Below are positions 24,601 through 36,081 of a stretch of DNA of 64,000 bases, one piece after another (position 1 is the first letter of the stretch; each line of letters opens with the position of its first letter). The notes beneath the pieces were generated by a model. That model saw only the letters and a list, made by a program, of their open reading frames with translations. It searched no databases and had not been told where the DNA came from. The DNA is from Phoronis australis (Eukaryota; Animalia; Phoronida): positions 143,113-207,112 of the forward strand of contig NMRA01000218.1 of NCBI GenBank assembly GCA_002633005.1, read 5' to 3'. Both the position numbers and the translations under genes were made by a program.

Positions 24601-27290
24601 CACAGATTTCGTGGTGGTTTAAAAACAATACAGATCCAAGTTTTCTTAACCTTGAACAAATATCATTATTTCTTATTTCTTTACAGGCTTGCATCAACAA
24701 TTCACCCATCCCCTTTCATTTTTGGTCACATAAGCAGTAACATACATGACACAACCATAAGGATCCGGGATGTATTGCAGGTCTAAATTTGCTTGCCATG
24801 CTTTAAGAATAGTCGGATTATAAGCATTCACATTTTGTCTGAAAGGTGTTCGTTCTAAAACAGCAGTACATCCTTTCTCAGAAACTGCTAAAGCTTCCAT
24901 GTAATTTTCAACTCGCAAGAACATCCTGAACTGATGAAAGAATCTGTTTTGCATTTTCCTTTTACCAATGGCCTCAGTGACTGGTTCTCGTGCAATAATA
25001 GTAGCTGCACTGGGTGGTCTATGATATTTGAACCTACACGACCATTTCTGTCTACAGTATGGGGAATTTCTGTGCACTTGTAACTTTTCCACGAGATCTA
25101 GCAATGTATCATCATCTTCAGGAAGGTCACAAGAGATATGTTTGCTGATAAAAGAAGACACTTCCTCATCAGTTTGTTCATTGAGCTTTGGTGCATCCTT
25201 AATCCACAACAGAATGTGTGCTCAGTAAAAGACAAGTTCTTCATTTTCATCACTCAACACTGTACCATACTGTCTTGCAATTATCAGTGTTAAGAACATA
25301 TTTGGAATATTCTTCTGTCTTATCATGGCAAGAACAACATAGAAGAGTGTTTGGTAATAAGCAGGAGATCCTTTCACATTCTTTTGTATTTTGTACGCAT
25401 TATCTGCCTTTATCATTTCATTCATCTGCTGTACATTTCTAACAAGTCCAGTATTTATTTCTTGGCCTTGGAATTGTCTGCCAGATCCTCTACGAAATAT
25501 AGACTGTGGTTTATGTCAGAGTTAACTTGCTTGCTTTCAGTGGCATACTGAGCACTTAACAGATATTCAATACACTGAGCAAATGTGCCATCACAGTCAA
25601 GGAGACGTTGATTACAATAGCGTCTGGGATGCAACTTAACAGGTCTATCAGCCGTTAAAGCATGTTGACCAGTAGGTACAAGTTCGGGTATGCCAACTTT
25701 TCAAAATATTTATCACTCATCAAAGGTATAGGCTTTTGACCCTCTCCAGGAGCCACATGAATCTCCTTTCCAGAAATATCAGGATTCTCTTCAATCATAC
25801 TGGTTTCAAAAGGCAAACCACAATCAGTAGTTTTTTCAAAAATGCAGCATCGTCTTCCGCCTGAACTTTTTCATCTTCAACACAGTCAACACCACCATCA
25901 TCATCATCATTAGACAATGCAACAACAGGTACATTGCAATCTTCATCAGCAGCTCTGTGCATCTGTTTTACGTGCTCATTGTTGACATTTTCTAACAGAA
26001 TGACATGATGACTCTGAGCTATCAAGCCCAAGTGAAATTCATTGTCAGTGCCATACCTGGAACACACTTCTTCAACATGATCACCTCTTGTTGTGTGCGC
26101 ATATACTTTCAAAGAAAACTTATCGGACATTGCTTGCAAAGTAGTGTGATCACCCCACTGATTCTGATGCTCCAATGCACCCAAGTATCTCATCCATCTG
26201 ATCTCCTTTTTGGGTATCATTATCTGCAATCATCTGTATCAATCTATCCTCACAAGTTGGCTGATCTGTGTCTGCATTGCTCAAGTCGGCACACTAAATA
26301 TGATCACAAACAAAGTCTTTGTATAGTCCTGCATTACTCATCATGTGAGAAGCAACTCTTTTTGCAACTCGTTTGGATGAATGGCAATAACACCAAGCCT
26401 ATTCAAATGGTAACACACAACAGAAAATAAACATCCCCAGGAACTTCTACCAGAGTCATGCCATCAGCTTGGGCAAGGCTATTTATATCATGATTACTTC
26501 GGTACACAGCTGTGGGTTCTATATGTTTAGAACACTGACTAGTAACTAAGTGACTGCTGTTACATGTCATAGCCTTCCACATGTCAAGATCATCACCCTT
26601 TGCTTGTTCAACCCAGTTGTCATTAATGCGTGTATCTGAATAATGAGGATTGTGTACTTTGAGCCAATGTAATGCTGTCAAAACTCTAGGTGGGTCCACG
26701 TAGTCATACATATAGTAAGATTTGTATATATTTTTCGCACAAACTGGCATTGTGACTGCAATCTGGGAAATAATTCACAAACTGTGTCGGGCTTAGAAGG
26801 TACATTTAACAGCAGGTCCATGGATCTCGTGTTGTTTCCCACGAGGCAAACCAACCATTTTCGTGAACGGTATTCTTTTTAACACCAGTCTTGGCTCAAG
26901 TTCATTAAGATTTTTCAGCTCTACTGGTTGAGAATCAAGCAGTAAATTATTCGCCTTTGACTGATTGTATTCTCCCACACTTCAAACTGTCGTGGCAAGT
27001 TCTGCACAACCATTCATTACCATCAACAGATAATTTTCTGTGTATAAGAACAGAATGTGATAGAGCTGAGTTCATTCTTGTGTACTGTTCTGGCTTCAAC
27101 AACACAACTGAATGTTTATACAACAAACGATGACATGAGCAACAAATGTGATCAGGCCCATGTCGAACATTCTTGAGAAATCATTGATCACTCCATCAGC
27201 AGTAGGAATCTTTGATTTTCGTTTCAGGAACACTTTCTTTTGATAACCTAGTCTTTTTTTTTCTTTGTTCAGGTGTTTCATTTGCCTGTC
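21700..27290 (-). mobile_element. Degenerate Helitron of the Helentron type: OTU-like cysteine protease + Rep (HUH) + PIF1 helicase + AP-like endonuclease
   Basis: Fragmented minus-strand ORFs: RIPFTKMVGLPRGKQ; ALHWLKVHNPHY; VEVPGD..WGDHTTLQAMSD (OTU); GSPAYY; AHILLWIKDAP; VNAYNPTILKAWQANLDLQY..YVTAYVTKNE; FLSGPGGVG(KS); [21 protein letters not shown]; DEISMVG; ELSEVMR; GQAYEAFSRVKSLEGL; HLNI..DIMCF. Many frameshifts; the termini are not identified. Confidence 0.9.
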
Positions 27291-28177
27291 ATATTCAGGT
27301 TTTCCACGTTCAGGCTCCAGTGCATTGTCGTTGACATGGAGCACTCTCATTATTTCTTCAAACCCATTAACTGGCATGACATCTGCAATCTTGTCAAATC
27401 TGGTATGCTCAGACCAGTAGTCCCGCCGCGATGGCATCTTAACCACTGACATAAAAATCACAATGCTAACAAATTTTCTCGTCTCCTCATGGGTAATCAC
27501 TTTCATCCGCTCTTTGCCAAGTTGAAGTTTTAATCGATTGCTTTCAACAGTCAAAAGTTCGATAGTCTCTTCACCAACCACGGCATTGAAGAACTCTTAT
27601 TTCATCATGGCAGCCTAGAAGCGGATCTTTTCCATAAAGGCCATCAACCGGTATGTCGTTTAGAGTAAATTCCAGCAGGTCTTCCTCAACCCAGTTCCAA
27701 ACTTTTCATTGTCTGAATTCAAAAACATAAATGGTAAGCATGGCTATGGTACCAACAAAATGTCCAGGCAGTTTCAGCATCTAATTTAGATTTCCCTACC
27801 TCAACTAAGTATATTAATGGGCCTACATCTCTGTATTTTCCAGTAAAAAAGAATCAAAACTTATTCAAAATGTACACAGCCATTGTCCTTACTTTTTGTT
27901 ATTAGCTTCCTTCTTTTTCTTTATTGACGGGCCCGGGTCTTCAACATCATCATCATCATTCTTACTGACAGTATTTCCATTTACATCATTATTAGGGCGG
28001 TTGAAGTCGGCCATTTTGTTTTTGGATGGGTCATTTTCAATGTCCCAAGTTCCATATTCAAAAATTTTTATTAGTTAAACTCCACATTCTTAAGCTACAA
28101 AAAGTAAAGTAACAGATTCTCAAATAAACGTTCTAAACGTACAATAAATGAGTGTGACCTCTCTGCCCACTAAAGTG
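27285..28177 (-). mobile_element. piggyBac 5' fragment: decayed terminus, ATG at 28014, one intron (~27712-27890), N-terminal DDE_Tnp_1_7 coding region
   Basis: ETIELLTVESN..ITHEETRKFVSIVIFMSVVKMPSRRDYWS..IADVMPVNGFEEIMRVLHVNDN..YDR is the typical PGBD N-terminus. The end reads ttca|cactttagtgggc on the minus strand, resembling a mutated ttaa|ccc terminus. Confidence 0.75.
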
Positions 28178-28189
28178 TGAAATTCCACC

Positions 28190-29070
28190 TTTGAATGAAG
28201 GTTCAGTTTCAGGAATCCCAGTCTCGTGAAACCGCGGCACCGACAAGTAGGCATTTTTCAGCTCTTTGCGCATGTTGTATTCACCAGCTGGGGGGGTGCA
28301 TTTAATGTTTTTATATAAAAGAAAGGTCAAATTTTCACTTTCCGGACGAAGAATTTTTAATTTTGTCCTTAGACATAAAAAATTTGTTAAATTTCAACTT
28401 TAGAGCAAAATTAATACAAGTTAAAATTTTTTTTCAAAATTCTTCGTCCGGTTCTTTATAGGCCAACCTCCCCTGAAAATATTGGACTGAACTGCATTCA
28501 AGTGTCACATGTCCCCGACGTGCGCAAAAGCGTTATGTGAATGTATCTAAACCGCTTTTGAAATATTGGCTGGTGACGTCACTTCCGATTGTCGGTAGAT
28601 TTTGCCGTGCTGAACATCAACGTTTAAAAATTTTTAACGCGCGTGAAAATTTAACCTATCAAACAAAACTCACATTAACAGGTCCAGAAACACTCAGTAT
28701 ACTATCTCCAAATCTTTTCATGGACTTCATCTGCATTTTCATACTCCACGGGACGTTTAATTTCGACCTTGAGCTCAAAATTCACCAACCACACAAAATT
28801 GGCTTTGCCCACATAGGATAGTCCTTACCAAAGGGTGTGAAGGTTATTTGTGTGCGAAAATATGGTCAAATTTTTGGAATCTTGACGAAGAATTTTTATT
28901 TTTTATTAGAAGTCCTATTTTTTGTAAAATTTAAAATTAATTGGAAATTTCTACGTCAAGATAAAAAATAAAAATTTTTCGCCCGGTTTTATGAGTACAC
29001 CACCCCCTCTAAATAATGCACCAATCGCAATACAAATGTAACCAGAGTTGAGTGCGCAAAAGATACAAAG
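28190..29070. repeat. Unclassified element with two direct copies of a ~110-bp hairpin unit
   Basis: ccggacgaagaattt (28342) pairs with aaattcttcgtccgg (28437). A second, diverged unit lies at 28884-28986. Confidence 0.55.
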
Positions 29071-31546
29071 TTTGATGAAAGCTGTGGATTTTTCCACTTC
29101 CACCTGGTTTATCATGGCTGCCAAGTAAACAAATTATTCAGTGTCTTTGGATCACTTCATATCTATTTTTACAGCCATTTTGCACAGTGAAAGCCAGTTT
29201 CATTTCAAGTAGAGTAAGGAAGTGAATTTTCATGAATTTTAACAAGTTACTGGAGTATGTGAAATGACTAACTGTATGATTTTTAAGCTTGTATCAGTGC
29301 CTTCAACTGATTGATTTTCTATTTCAGTGCAGATCACTTGAAGGGGTGCCTTCTTCAGTGGTACATCTTCCTCTGTACTGCCAAAATGAAGTCGCATTGT
29401 AATGAATTGCTGTGCTAAGCTGAGCACTGATTTCACTATTTCTGATTCAGTTATGAGATAACTAAAAGATTGGAAAAATAAATGAGAAGCATGTTTTGTA
29501 CTGATAAGAAAAAAGTTTCCTTGATGATAACGTATCTTAAGTAAAAGAGGTTTCAAAAACAGTCACATTACATGTAATTCTGTTGTGGCTAACTACTTTT
29601 TCTATGTTCCACCCATGCAGTGGCAACAGCTGTTACGGATGTACATGTACGCCACTGATATAATCATTAACTTCCCAAACATGACACAAATTTATTTTCA
29701 TCTTCATTGAGCAGATCATCCAAGGCACTGGCAAGAAAAGATACTAGACAAAAAACCCTCAGTTTTGACAAGATTGGTCAACCCTCCAAAATTTTGCTTC
29801 TTTCATATGATAATTAATCCCTGGCATACGTTCTTTCAATTCCATTTCTTGACATAGCTCAAAGATGATAAGTCCAATACAAAATGTTATCATTTTTTAT
29901 TTAAGCGGTGAGTACGAAGGAAGTGACCTTTCAATTTTCTAGAGTGAAACACTTTCAAGGTAGTTGAGGGTTATATCTACCATCCATCAGACAAAACTGA
30001 AATAATTTTAGTACAGTAACCATAATGTGTAAGCCAAAATGATCCAATCTTTTACCATAAGTAACCTTGAATGCACAGTACTTGAGATCATTAAGCATTA
30101 CAAATGGTATCCAACTGCACAAAATTTTCTTGATTTGGATGCACATAACTATTACCATGGCGACTGACTAGTATTTCCTTACACCAGAATTCCACAACCA
30201 TGATTTAAAAATATGAAGAAGTTGCAAGTTACATGGATTGGAGGCTTGAAGATTCACAATCCAACATAGCCTATTTCTTTTATTAAGATTCTTCATATAA
30301 TATTATTGCCTTCTGTTGATAACCTGAAGAAAGAAAGCAACAAGTTACAAAACACGACTTCAAAGCACAAATTTGCCACAAAATTCAAAGAAATATGAAT
30401 CATTTTGTGGTACATAATCAAGCCTTGAAGAGCAGTTGGCTGTCAAACAAAAAAACATTTCAAAAAATATTTCAACTTTTTTAGCCGAGTATAAGATCAC
30501 CTGAATGGGAAATTCACAGTAAAATAATTAGAATATTCCTACTATTTGTTTGCACAAGAACATGGAAATTGAACAGAATTCCTTTTTTGTAGCAGCGATT
30601 GTCAAAATGTTTCAACATTAAATTTTCACAATTTACAAAGTAGCCGGTTGAACATGCCTTTCAGTTCAGCAAAAGTCGCCATGTTGTCGGTGCCGCTGGA
30701 AATGAGACTAAGTCCAACGGGAATTCTCAGCACTTTTATCACTCAATAAGTAAGAACTGCGATGCTTAAATTTGGTGAAAACTAGTGAATCGCGCAGAAT
30801 AGTAAGTAAAGACATGTCTCCCTAATTTTTACCGTAAATTATCGGCGAAAATAATTTATATTAAGTTTTAAACTCGTAACTTATTCCGCTGTCGTCCAAG
30901 ATGGCCGAACTGATCCAAACAAGTGACCCAAATTTCGCCACAAAAATTGCAATAACTTTGCACTGCTTGGCTCGATTTTGATAATTTTTCGATTTTTATT
31001 GAGTAGGATGCGTTATCTTTCCGATGATAGTAGAGAATTTTTTCAAAACGAAAAAAAAATTTTGGTTCGACTGCCCTATCATTAGGTCTTCACTCAGCAA
31101 GTGTTTTGGATCTCCTGAAATGTTGTGCATGTGTACATTGGTGAAAAAATAAATGCAGGTAATAAATTAATCAGAATCAGAGTATTAACAACCATGCTAT
31201 GAAATGCACACCTCTTTTTAGGAACTTTGAGCTCACACTGGTTACTTGAATAACCATTGTGGGAGAACCCCATGCGGCGCATGATGGTCACTTCAGTAAC
31301 CCGAGCAAAAACGTGACCTTGCTGTGTAATAAGATGGATTTTGTTCAAAATACTGAGTAGTGGATGTGCTTGGTACACATTTGAATCCAATTATTCATAT
31401 AGTATGTCTTGGTTACACAAAATTCGAGATATATTTGACATTTTAATCACTTTGATTCACACTCACCTTTTCCTCATGGAAGCTGCCATCTTGGATTGAG
31501 ACATCTGTTGGCTGATTGAGTTAGCAGAAATGGTTACTTGAGTGAC

Positions 31547-31714
31547 TGTTGTGTTCGTAGAACCAGTAAAACAACACAGATGAGAGTAAAATGTAATACG
31601 TCTATTCGCTTGGAGAACTAATACAAGAAGGGGTTGAGCACGTGGCTTGTGGGCATAAATACCACGTGACTATATTCTAAGGAAAACCACAAGTAGCATT
31701 GCCAATACACAACA
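31547..31714 (-). repeat. 3' LTR
   Basis: Direct repeat of 36082-36249, adjacent to the PPT. Confidence 0.95.
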
Positions 31715-31782
31715 TCCCTCTACCCTTAGCTAACTACTGCAAACGTAAATAAACATGGAGGAACACTTCAAACTAAGCACAA

Positions 31783-32090
31783 ACATGCATGTAACACACT
31801 GTCAGCAGTCTTGTTTGTAAAACGATACTAAGTGTCCAGTCATAACTAAAACGATGTAGTACACTGCTGTTTGCTGTAAGGTGATCCTACTGATGACTGA
31901 AGCTAGTTATAATAAGTAGTAATTAAAAGTTCAGCCNACATGCATGTAACACACTGTCAGCAGTCTTGTTTGTAAAACGATACTAAGTGTCCAGTCATAA
32001 CTAAAACGATGTATCACACTGCTGTTTGCTGTAAGGTGATCATACTGATGACTGAAGCTAGTTACAATAAGTAGTAATTAAAAGTTCAGC
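31783..32090. repeat. ~154-bp tandem duplication in the Gypsy 3' UTR, joined at an N
   Basis: acatgcatgtaacacac...aaagttcagcc occurs twice, with a few substitutions and an ambiguous base at 31937. Confidence 0.85.
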
Positions 32091-35000
32091 CTGTCTGGTT
32101 GAATTGATTTCCTTCCGGAACGTGTCACAACTACAGACGAATCCGTTGGTGGATTTTCTACGGGTAATCGTACGGTGGTAGCGTTCGAATCCGCAGTGGG
32201 ATGTGTATGATCGACCACAGGCGTAGAAGGTTGTTCCGTCAACCGAGTTGGCGGTACGAAGGCTTGTGGTGGCGGTAAGTTACTTGGCGGTGGGCCAATT
32301 GTGGTTGAAGATGGGTTGTCTTCCGGTGTGCGTCGTACTATGTGGTCTACGTGACGCCTCCAAATCCGTTTATCGGGCAACTCCACCGAGAATGACACGG
32401 GTCCTCGTTGTTCTATGATCATGCCAGGGACCCAGGTGGGTGAGCCTGCGAAGTTTCTCACAAGTACCGTATCTCCGGCGCAAAAGTCACGTGTGTCGTG
32501 TGCGCGTTGCGCACTTGACTGTTTCTGTAGAACACGCTGTCTGAGGTCCGGCACAGCTAAGTCCAAACGTGAACGCGGCCTCCTCGACATTAATAATTCT
32601 GCGGGTGGTCTACCTGTCGCAGAGTGTGGTGTAATGCGATGACGCGCTAAGAATGTGTAAAGGCGGGTTTCCATGTCGCCTTCCAACCTGGCCATTCCGG
32701 TCTTGACGATTTTAACCGCAGCCTCGGCCGCACCATTACTCGCAGGGTGGTACGGCGCACTAAACGTATGTTTAATACCATTATTCCGACAGAACTTGGC
32801 AAAATCAGCACTAGCGAAACCGGAACCGTTGTCAGACACAATCATTACGGGCAGTCCATGCGTGGCAATGCACTGACGTAATTTCCTGACTGTTGCCTCG
32901 GTTGAAGTACTGTCGGTGATGTACGCGTTGATAAATTTACTGTGAGCGTCCACAATTACAAGAATGTATTTCCCGTTCTTCATTGGACCTGCATAGTCGA
33001 TATGAATTCGGTGCCATGGTACTCCAGGCCACTCCCAAGGGTGAACTTTGGCGTGCTGTGGTGACTGGGTATTTTCCTTGCACGCCTGGCATTGCCGAAC
33101 ACACTGTTCGATGTCCACATTGATAGACGGCCACCAAATGTAAGAACGTGCCAAGTTCTTCATTCGGACGATACCGGGATGTGAACCGTGTAATTCATCC
33201 AATACGGCGGTACACCCCTGAGGAGGTATGATAACACGCGCTCCCCATAATAAACATCCGTCCTGAACCGTAAGTTCATGTCGGCGGGAGAAATATTGGG
33301 CAATCAAATCATTCGCAGTGTCAGGAAAACCTTGCAAGACACAACGGTACACCGCCGACGTTATCGGGTCTTGTTGTGTCCAGCGCTGTATTTTGGCTAC
33401 AGTGACGGGCGTAAAATCCATCTGAGTTAACGACAAAACCACTTCCTCAGGCACGGGCACCTGAAATGGTTTACACTCCAGCGGCAGTCTACTAAGTGCG
33501 TCGGCGTTGCCGTTAGACTGTCCAGACTTGTGTCGTAAAACGTAGTTATATCCTGACAACATTAAGGCCCATCGTTTCATACGTGAGCTACACATAGCCG
33601 GTATGGCGGTGCCCTCACGTAAAATCCCTAAAAGAGGCAAATGGTCCGTTACTATTGTGAAATTACGTCCATACAAATAACTGTGGAAGTGTTTCACCCC
33701 AAAGATGATAGCCAATGCTTCGCGATCAATCTGTGCATAATTCTTCTCAGCTGGTGCTAATGTCCGAGAAGCAAACGCTATTGGTCTTTCAGAACTGTCT
33801 TCCAAGACGTGTGATAATACCGCGCCAACACCGTAGGGTGAAGCATCGCAGCTCAACAACAAAGGATATTCCGGTTGATAATGAACAAGCAAATTCGTGG
33901 ATGTTAACAAACGTTTTGAATGTTGAAACGCGTCGGATTCGCGTTTGCCCCAACGCCATTTGACACCGTTGCGTAGCAAGGCGTAGAGTGGTGCCAAAAC
34001 AGAACTGGCATTGTCCAGAAACTTGTGGTAGTAATTCAGCAATCCAACGTACGAGCGTAACTCCGATACGTTGCGCGGAGCGGGTGCCTGCACAATCGCC
34101 GTGACTTTCTCTTTCGTGGGGCGTATGCCTGCCCCGTCCAGACGGTGTCCCAAGTAAGTGACCGACGTTTGGTTGAACACGCATTTTTCTCTCTTCAAAC
34201 GGAACCCGTTGTTCTTCAGGCGTTCCAAAACCTGTACCAGGTTGGCTTTATGCTCAGCCGCGTTACGACCAGCCACCAAAATGTCGTCTAGATACACAGT
34301 GCACATAGGAATACCTCGCACTACCTGTTCCATGGTACGCTGAAACAGGCCGGGGGCAGAGGATATCCCGAACGGAACGCGGGTATAAGCTAGTAATCCA
34401 TGACTCAGAGTGTTGAGGGTAGTTAACTTTTGAGAAGGTTCAGTTAGCTCCAACTGTTGATATGCGTGACTTAAGTCCAGCTTAGAATAAATCTGACCAC
34501 CGGCAAGTTTGGTAAATAAATCGTCTATTCGTGGAATAGGGTACTTATCAACCAATCCAGCTTTGTTCAACGTGGAACGATAATCACCACAAATGCGAAC
34601 GTCGCCCGAGTTTTTCAACACGGGAACCACGGGCGTAGCCCACTCCGACGAGCTCACTGACTTCAACACCCCATCGTTGATTAATCGGTTCAACTCCAAT
34701 TCGACTTTTTCACGTAAAGCGTATGGGACTGGGCGTGCCTTCATGTAGACGGGTGTGGTCTCCGGATTGACATTCAAAGACACCTGTCCTCCAGTGTATT
34801 TTCCTAATTCGTCACGGAAAAGTTCCTCGTAACGTTGCAAAACAGCTAACTCGTGCACAGTATTCGTGGCCGTGTACACTCGTTTCCAGTCCAACCGCAA
34901 ACGATTAAGCCAATTACGCCCTAATAGACTTGGGCCCGAATTTGTGACCAGTAGGGGGAGTCGATACTCCTGGTTATCTTGAGTCACGTTGACCTCGGCC

Positions 35001-36061
35001 TCACGTGACCGGACTTCCGCACCCCCATAGCCGACAAGTATGACGTGAGAGTCTACAAGAGGCTCGTTGTTTGTGCAAATGTTTGACCACACATCTTCAT
35101 TGACCACACTGAACTTGGCGCCAGTGTCTAATTCCATAGAAACAATCTGGCCATTGATAATAACGTCCACCATGTGTGGCGGATCAGCACTGGGTGCGGA
35201 CTCGCTGTCTATGCGATACATATTGTTGTAAACAAACGAGCGATCTGATTGATCACTTCCGAGCCAATTCGTGGAATTGGCCCTACCTCGTTGAGGCTTT
35301 GTGGTCGGTTTTGAGCGACATTGAGACTGAAAATGATTCAGAATACCGCAGCGATGACATTTCTCTCCCCATGCTGGGCACTTTCGGCGATCCGTACACT
35401 GTCCCCCACAACCAACACACTTTTGTGCTTTTCCACGGTTCCCACGTTTGTGATTGTGCCGGTACGGCTGTTTGTGAGGAACTGGCTGTTTTCCACGCAC
35501 TTGGTTCGTAGTAACAGTACATGTACTTACAATTTGTGGGGCCATCGCCAACCCTTGTTGGTTTGCCGCTTCTTGTGTGCGTCCATAAGTTAATAAATCC
35601 GCAACGCTAATCGTAGATTCTGTGAGTCCTTTATGGCGCACTTTCTCCATCGTAGTCTTCTGAATAATCTGTGATTTGATCTCCCGATCAACGTCGGCGA
35701 AATCGCAATGTTTCGCAAGCGTCCGTAACCGAGCGCAAAACATATCTAAAGTCTCAGACGTGGTCTGGGTGGCTTGTCGGAATTGGTAAACTTCATATTC
35801 TGTATTCCGCTTCGGCGAAAAATGGTCCGAAAGTTTCTTTTTCAATTGGTCGTATGTCTCATTTTCTTCCGTAGGAAGAGAATCATTTATGACAAAGACT
35901 TCCTCCCCCGCATAGTGCAGAAGCGTGGCTTTCTTGCGCGGATCCTGAGTAATGTTCTTTGCCACCAAATAATTGTCAAGTCGCTTAATCCACAATTCCC
36001 AACGGGAACCAGCCGACTCCGTGGGATGAAGAATAAATGGTTTAATCGCAAGATCTTCCAT
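32078..36061 (-). CDS. Gag-Pol polyprotein, 1327 aa (Gag with Cys knuckles, aspartic protease, RT, RNase H, integrase)
   Basis: MEDLAIKPF start just after the PBS; CHRCGILNHFQSQC; LDTGA; YLDD; CDASPYGVGAVL..TDH; H..HPG..C..C; HIDYAGP; VSDNG; SNGAAE; GPVSF. Domain order RT-RH-IN is Gypsy. Confidence 0.95.
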   Translation of the reverse strand: MEDLAIKPFILHPTESAGSRWELWIKRLDNYLVAKNITQDPRKKATLLHYAGEEVFVINDSLPTEENETYDQLKKKLSDHFSPKRNTEYEVYQFRQATQTTSETLDMFCARLRTLAKHCDFADVDREIKSQIIQKTTMEKVRHKGLTESTISVADLLTYGRTQEAANQQGLAMAPQIVSTCTVTTNQVRGKQPVPHKQPYRHNHKRGNRGKAQKCVGCGGQCTDRRKCPAWGEKCHRCGILNHFQSQCRSKPTTKPQRGRANSTNWLGSDQSDRSFVYNNMYRIDSESAPSADPPHMVDVIINGQIVSMELDTGAKFSVVNEDVWSNICTNNEPLVDSHVILVGYGGAEVRSREAEVNVTQDNQEYRLPLLVTNSGPSLLGRNWLNRLRLDWKRVYTATNTVHELAVLQRYEELFRDELGKYTGGQVSLNVNPETTPVYMKARPVPYALREKVELELNRLINDGVLKSVSSSEWATPVVPVLKNSGDVRICGDYRSTLNKAGLVDKYPIPRIDDLFTKLAGGQIYSKLDLSHAYQQLELTEPSQKLTTLNTLSHGLLAYTRVPFGISSAPGLFQRTMEQVVRGIPMCTVYLDDILVAGRNAAEHKANLVQVLERLKNNGFRLKREKCVFNQTSVTYLGHRLDGAGIRPTKEKVTAIVQAPAPRNVSELRSYVGLLNYYHKFLDNASSVLAPLYALLRNGVKWRWGKRESDAFQHSKRLLTSTNLLVHYQPEYPLLLSCDASPYGVGAVLSHVLEDSSERPIAFASRTLAPAEKNYAQIDREALAIIFGVKHFHSYLYGRNFTIVTDHLPLLGILREGTAIPAMCSSRMKRWALMLSGYNYVLRHKSGQSNGNADALSRLPLECKPFQVPVPEEVVLSLTQMDFTPVTVAKIQRWTQQDPITSAVYRCVLQGFPDTANDLIAQYFSRRHELTVQDGCLLWGARVIIPPQGCTAVLDELHGSHPGIVRMKNLARSYIWWPSINVDIEQCVRQCQACKENTQSPQHAKVHPWEWPGVPWHRIHIDYAGPMKNGKYILVIVDAHSKFINAYITDSTSTEATVRKLRQCIATHGLPVMIVSDNGSGFASADFAKFCRNNGIKHTFSAPYHPASNGAAEAAVKIVKTGMARLEGDMETRLYTFLARHRITPHSATGRPPAELLMSRRPRSRLDLAVPDLRQRVLQKQSSAQRAHDTRDFCAGDTVLVRNFAGSPTWVPGMIIEQRGPVSFSVELPDKRIWRRHVDHIVRRTPEDNPSSTTIGPPPSNLPPPQAFVPPTRLTEQPSTPVVDHTHPTADSNATTVRLPVENPPTDSSVVVTRSGRKSIQPDRLNF

Positions 36062-36065
36062 TTTT

Positions 36066-36078
36066 ATCCTCGTCGCCA
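36066..36078 (-). promoter_or_regulatory. Primer-binding site complementary to the 3' end of tRNA-Ser(GCT)
   Basis: Minus strand reads TGGCGACGAGGAT; animal tRNA-Ser(GCT) ends ..ATCCTCGTCG-CCA. Confidence 0.8.
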
Positions 36079-36081
36079 AAA

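Noticed and set aside
22176-26978. Functional host PIF1 helicase gene
   Set aside because: Numerous frameshifts and stops, no introns, and linkage to HUH Rep, OTU and endonuclease motifs identify a dead Helentron.
31783-32090. Biologically meaningful enhancer duplication in the Gypsy UTR
   Set aside because: The copies are joined at an N and include the ORF stop region. An assembly or haplotype overlap is at least as likely.
32415-35593. Short antisense and alternate-frame ORFs within the Gypsy element
   Set aside because: Shadow ORFs of the GC-richer gag-pol, with no recognisable motifs.
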